Below are positions 61,441 through 64,000 of a stretch of DNA of 64,000 nt, one piece after another. The position numbers and the translations under genes were made by a program. The DNA is from Eledone cirrhosa. Taxonomy: Eukaryota. The notes beneath the pieces were generated by a model, which saw only the letters and a program-made list of their open reading frames with translations, had not been told where the DNA came from and did no database searches. Location of the stretch: positions 273,296,001 through 273,360,000 of the forward strand of contig OZ024740.1 in assembly GCA_964016885.1 (NCBI GenBank). The letters run 5' to 3'. Positions within the stretch are counted from its first letter, which is position 1; each line of letters starts with the position of its first letter.

Positions 61441-61879
61441 CACGGATCGGGAATCAAATGAGATCAGATTACAGATATCCCCTAATTAACAAAAATGTTC
61501 GTTTAGCGCATAACTAATGTTCATGAAACCTTTTTGTCAATGAACCGCAGCATGTCAACCGCAACTCGGCGACCCTGAGTAAATAACTCCAAACGAAGAA
61601 AATCTTGACTTTCTAGCATAGATAGTTGGTAAATCAGAGCAGTCAGGTTTTCTCAGATGCTTGCCATGTATGTGTGTATGGTATATTTGCTCTCTTAAAT
61701 AGAATACTTTTTAATTCATTTTTTCAATTATTAAATACAACTAACGGAAGACCGCCGCCCGCGTGGTTTTCAGCTGTGTAGTGTGCATATTGGTATTATA
61801 CGCAAATATATAGGCATATGTAAACTGAAAAGTAAATTGACATTATCTTCGTCGGTGCCCACTTATTTCTGAGAGAGTC

Positions 61880-62180
61880 GTGGGGGCAGTATCCTCCTCA
61901 AGCACTCCTTCCAGCGAGTCTGCCAGAAGCAAACGTGACCAGCCAAGCTCATGGATATTATCCAACCATCTTGCTCAGGATCTACCAGTCAGTCTCTTGC
62001 TGGATAGTTTTGTCTGTAAAACCTGTCCAGTGTTTCTTTACTGGGACATTCTAACCACATGTCCATAGTATCGGAGCTGTGATCTCTCAATTAGGAGAAG
62101 TAGTGGCTCTACCAGGAGTGACTCTCTGATCTCAGAGATATGCAATTTATCGAGTAACTGTACTCCAAAGACCCTTGCAA
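61880..62180 (-). mobile_element. RTE (Rex3-like) LINE 3' fragment
   Basis: RVFGVQLLDKLHISEIRESLLVEPLLLLIERSQLRYYGHVVRM...RWLDNIHELGWSRL. Confidence 0.8.
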
Positions 62181-62459
62181 TTTATGAACTTAATTCAGCC
62201 CCGAGATATTTGAACTTCTCTATTTGTTTCAAGAGAACAGCATTCAAATGTATATAAATTTGAGGGACTTCTGTCCATCCATCTGTCACACAATACGTGT
62301 GTGTGTTTGTGTGAATGCATGTGCGTGTAAAAGTAAGGAAGGAGATACACACATATATATATATATATATATGACTCTAACTTAAAAACAGTGACACACA
62401 CACGTCTATAATTTAAGAACGCCGACAAACTCACAGGCGCACACATACACACACTGTCC

Positions 62460-62880
62460 TATTACCCCTTAAGAGCTTTGGCCCGGGCAAATTGACTCTC
62501 ACTTTTAGAACCATCTGGGATGTCCAGAATTGTGCTCTTGCTGAAGAGGCAGGTGCCTTATCTAGGACATCACAGTTAGTGACTCTTTTGCTTCGTCCCA
62601 CATCCTGGATGCAGCGGTAAGGGCGAGAGCTACAGCATCCCCAGCTGAGCGGAACAAAATCCTAAAATACCGTGAGCTAACTACACACTCCAGCCTGTGG
62701 CGTTCGAGACGTTTAAGGGAGTCGGGCTACTGACAGCGAGGTTCTTATCTTCACCGGGGGCTCTCCTAACAATGGTAACTGGTGATGCTCGTGATGGCGC
62801 TTGGTTTGTTCCAGCACCTCAGTCTCACCACCACTTGAGGTAACTCTGCCAGCGTGCTGGCTTGCCTCAACAGTTATTAG
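62460..62880 (+). mobile_element. CRE-clade non-LTR retrotransposon, RLE endonuclease 3' fragment
   Basis: Across frameshifts: LEPSGMSR / GRCLI*DITVSDSFASSH...AERNKILKYREL / QPVAFET / VTGDARD / GNSASVLA, the CRE-type restriction-like endonuclease signature. Confidence 0.75.
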
Positions 62881-63445
62881 AGAGGTTTCCCAGTGTTCCT
62901 CGCTATATTGTTATCTCTTACTCTGGTAGCATATTGATGTATGTGTTCCTAGATGTGTGTATTACCTGCTTGTGTCTTTTTTTTCTCTTTCTTCGTTCCC
63001 TTTCCCTTTCCTTTGTATACATTATATCTGTTTGTGTTTTTGTTCTGTAAGCATTATATTATTATATATTTTTATACAACTGTAAATAAGTCTGTAACAA
63101 CAAATGAGTTTTAAAAAAAAGAGTTAAACTGTGTTGTTAAAAGGTTTACCCTTCATTTTACTCTCTCATTTCCAAATTTATCGAACGCTGTTATCATGCT
63201 GTGTGTGACTGTATGTGTATGTGTGTGTTTGTGTAAATGTATGTATTTGTGTGTTTGTGTGAATGCATGTATGTGTTTGTGTGAATGTACATGTATTTGT
63301 GTGAATGTATGTCCGTGAGTGTGTATTTTTGTAAGTGTCTGTATTTGAGCAATTGTACTTATATACTCATACATATAAATGTATGTATATGCACATACAC
63401 ACACACACCTACACATGCGCTTCCTAATTTCTTCATCTTTCTTTT

Positions 63446-63503
<58 letters not shown>

Positions 63504-64000
63504 AGATAGTCACTCTATGTATCTGTATCTCTCTTTTTCTTTCTCGCTCTATTCATATATATATATGGTAGTTGAAGTGGTGGTGGTGGCGATATACCAG
63601 CAGCCAGCAGTGTTGAAATTTGAAACTTTTAACATAAGTGAATCATGAAATAAGCAATAAAGTTATTTTCAATCAAAAGTTACGAAATTTAGTACATTAA
63701 TTATATAATATTCATTTATTATATATTCAAAGTAATCCAACTTATTTTACTAATGGGTTAACATAATATAAGCAGGTCATAATCCCGCACTCCTTTTATT
63801 ATATTTAAGATTATTTAGATGTTGCGTTTATATTTTTGTAAATTCGTTCTTACATTTCTTGTATGACGTCTTCTACTTCCGAATTTTCTGTATAACAGGT
63901 TTATAACATCTCACCAGTTTGTACGTCCCTTTTACCATTTCTTGTTTTCTAATGTATGAAATATAATGCCTGTAATAGCCATCGGTGAATAATAAATGAA

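Overview
Non-coding, extremely AT-rich and microsatellite-rich eukaryotic DNA. The SINE and repeat families resemble those of octopods (Octopus-type OK, OR and Meta-like SINEs); this is an inference from recalled consensus sequences. I find no credible host gene, and nearly all ORFs in the track are (TA)n/(CA)n/(TACA)n artefacts. The real content is decayed retroelements (RTE x4, R4/Dong-like x2, Tx1-like x2, CRE-like, a Penelope-like GIY-YIG remnant), DNA-transposon remnants (mariner, pogo-like, hAT-Charlie, Helitron-like), many SINEs and several minisatellites. The most striking layer is a dense set of at least 10 minimal type I hammerhead-ribozyme motifs from several unrelated families. They have palindromic helix III, often a mismatch at 10.1:11.1, and in one family a helix II of about 100-115 nt. 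They sit in short (TA)n-anchored modules that recur as fold-back palindromes, and the fold point often falls inside the ribozyme. Other notable features are two local inverted copy-insertions flanked by direct repeats, apparent microsatellite targeting by Tx1-like and R4-like LINEs, and a 600-bp non-coding element sharing a covarying 3' stem-loop with an RTE LINE. All structures were derived by eye and coordinates of decayed elements are approximate.
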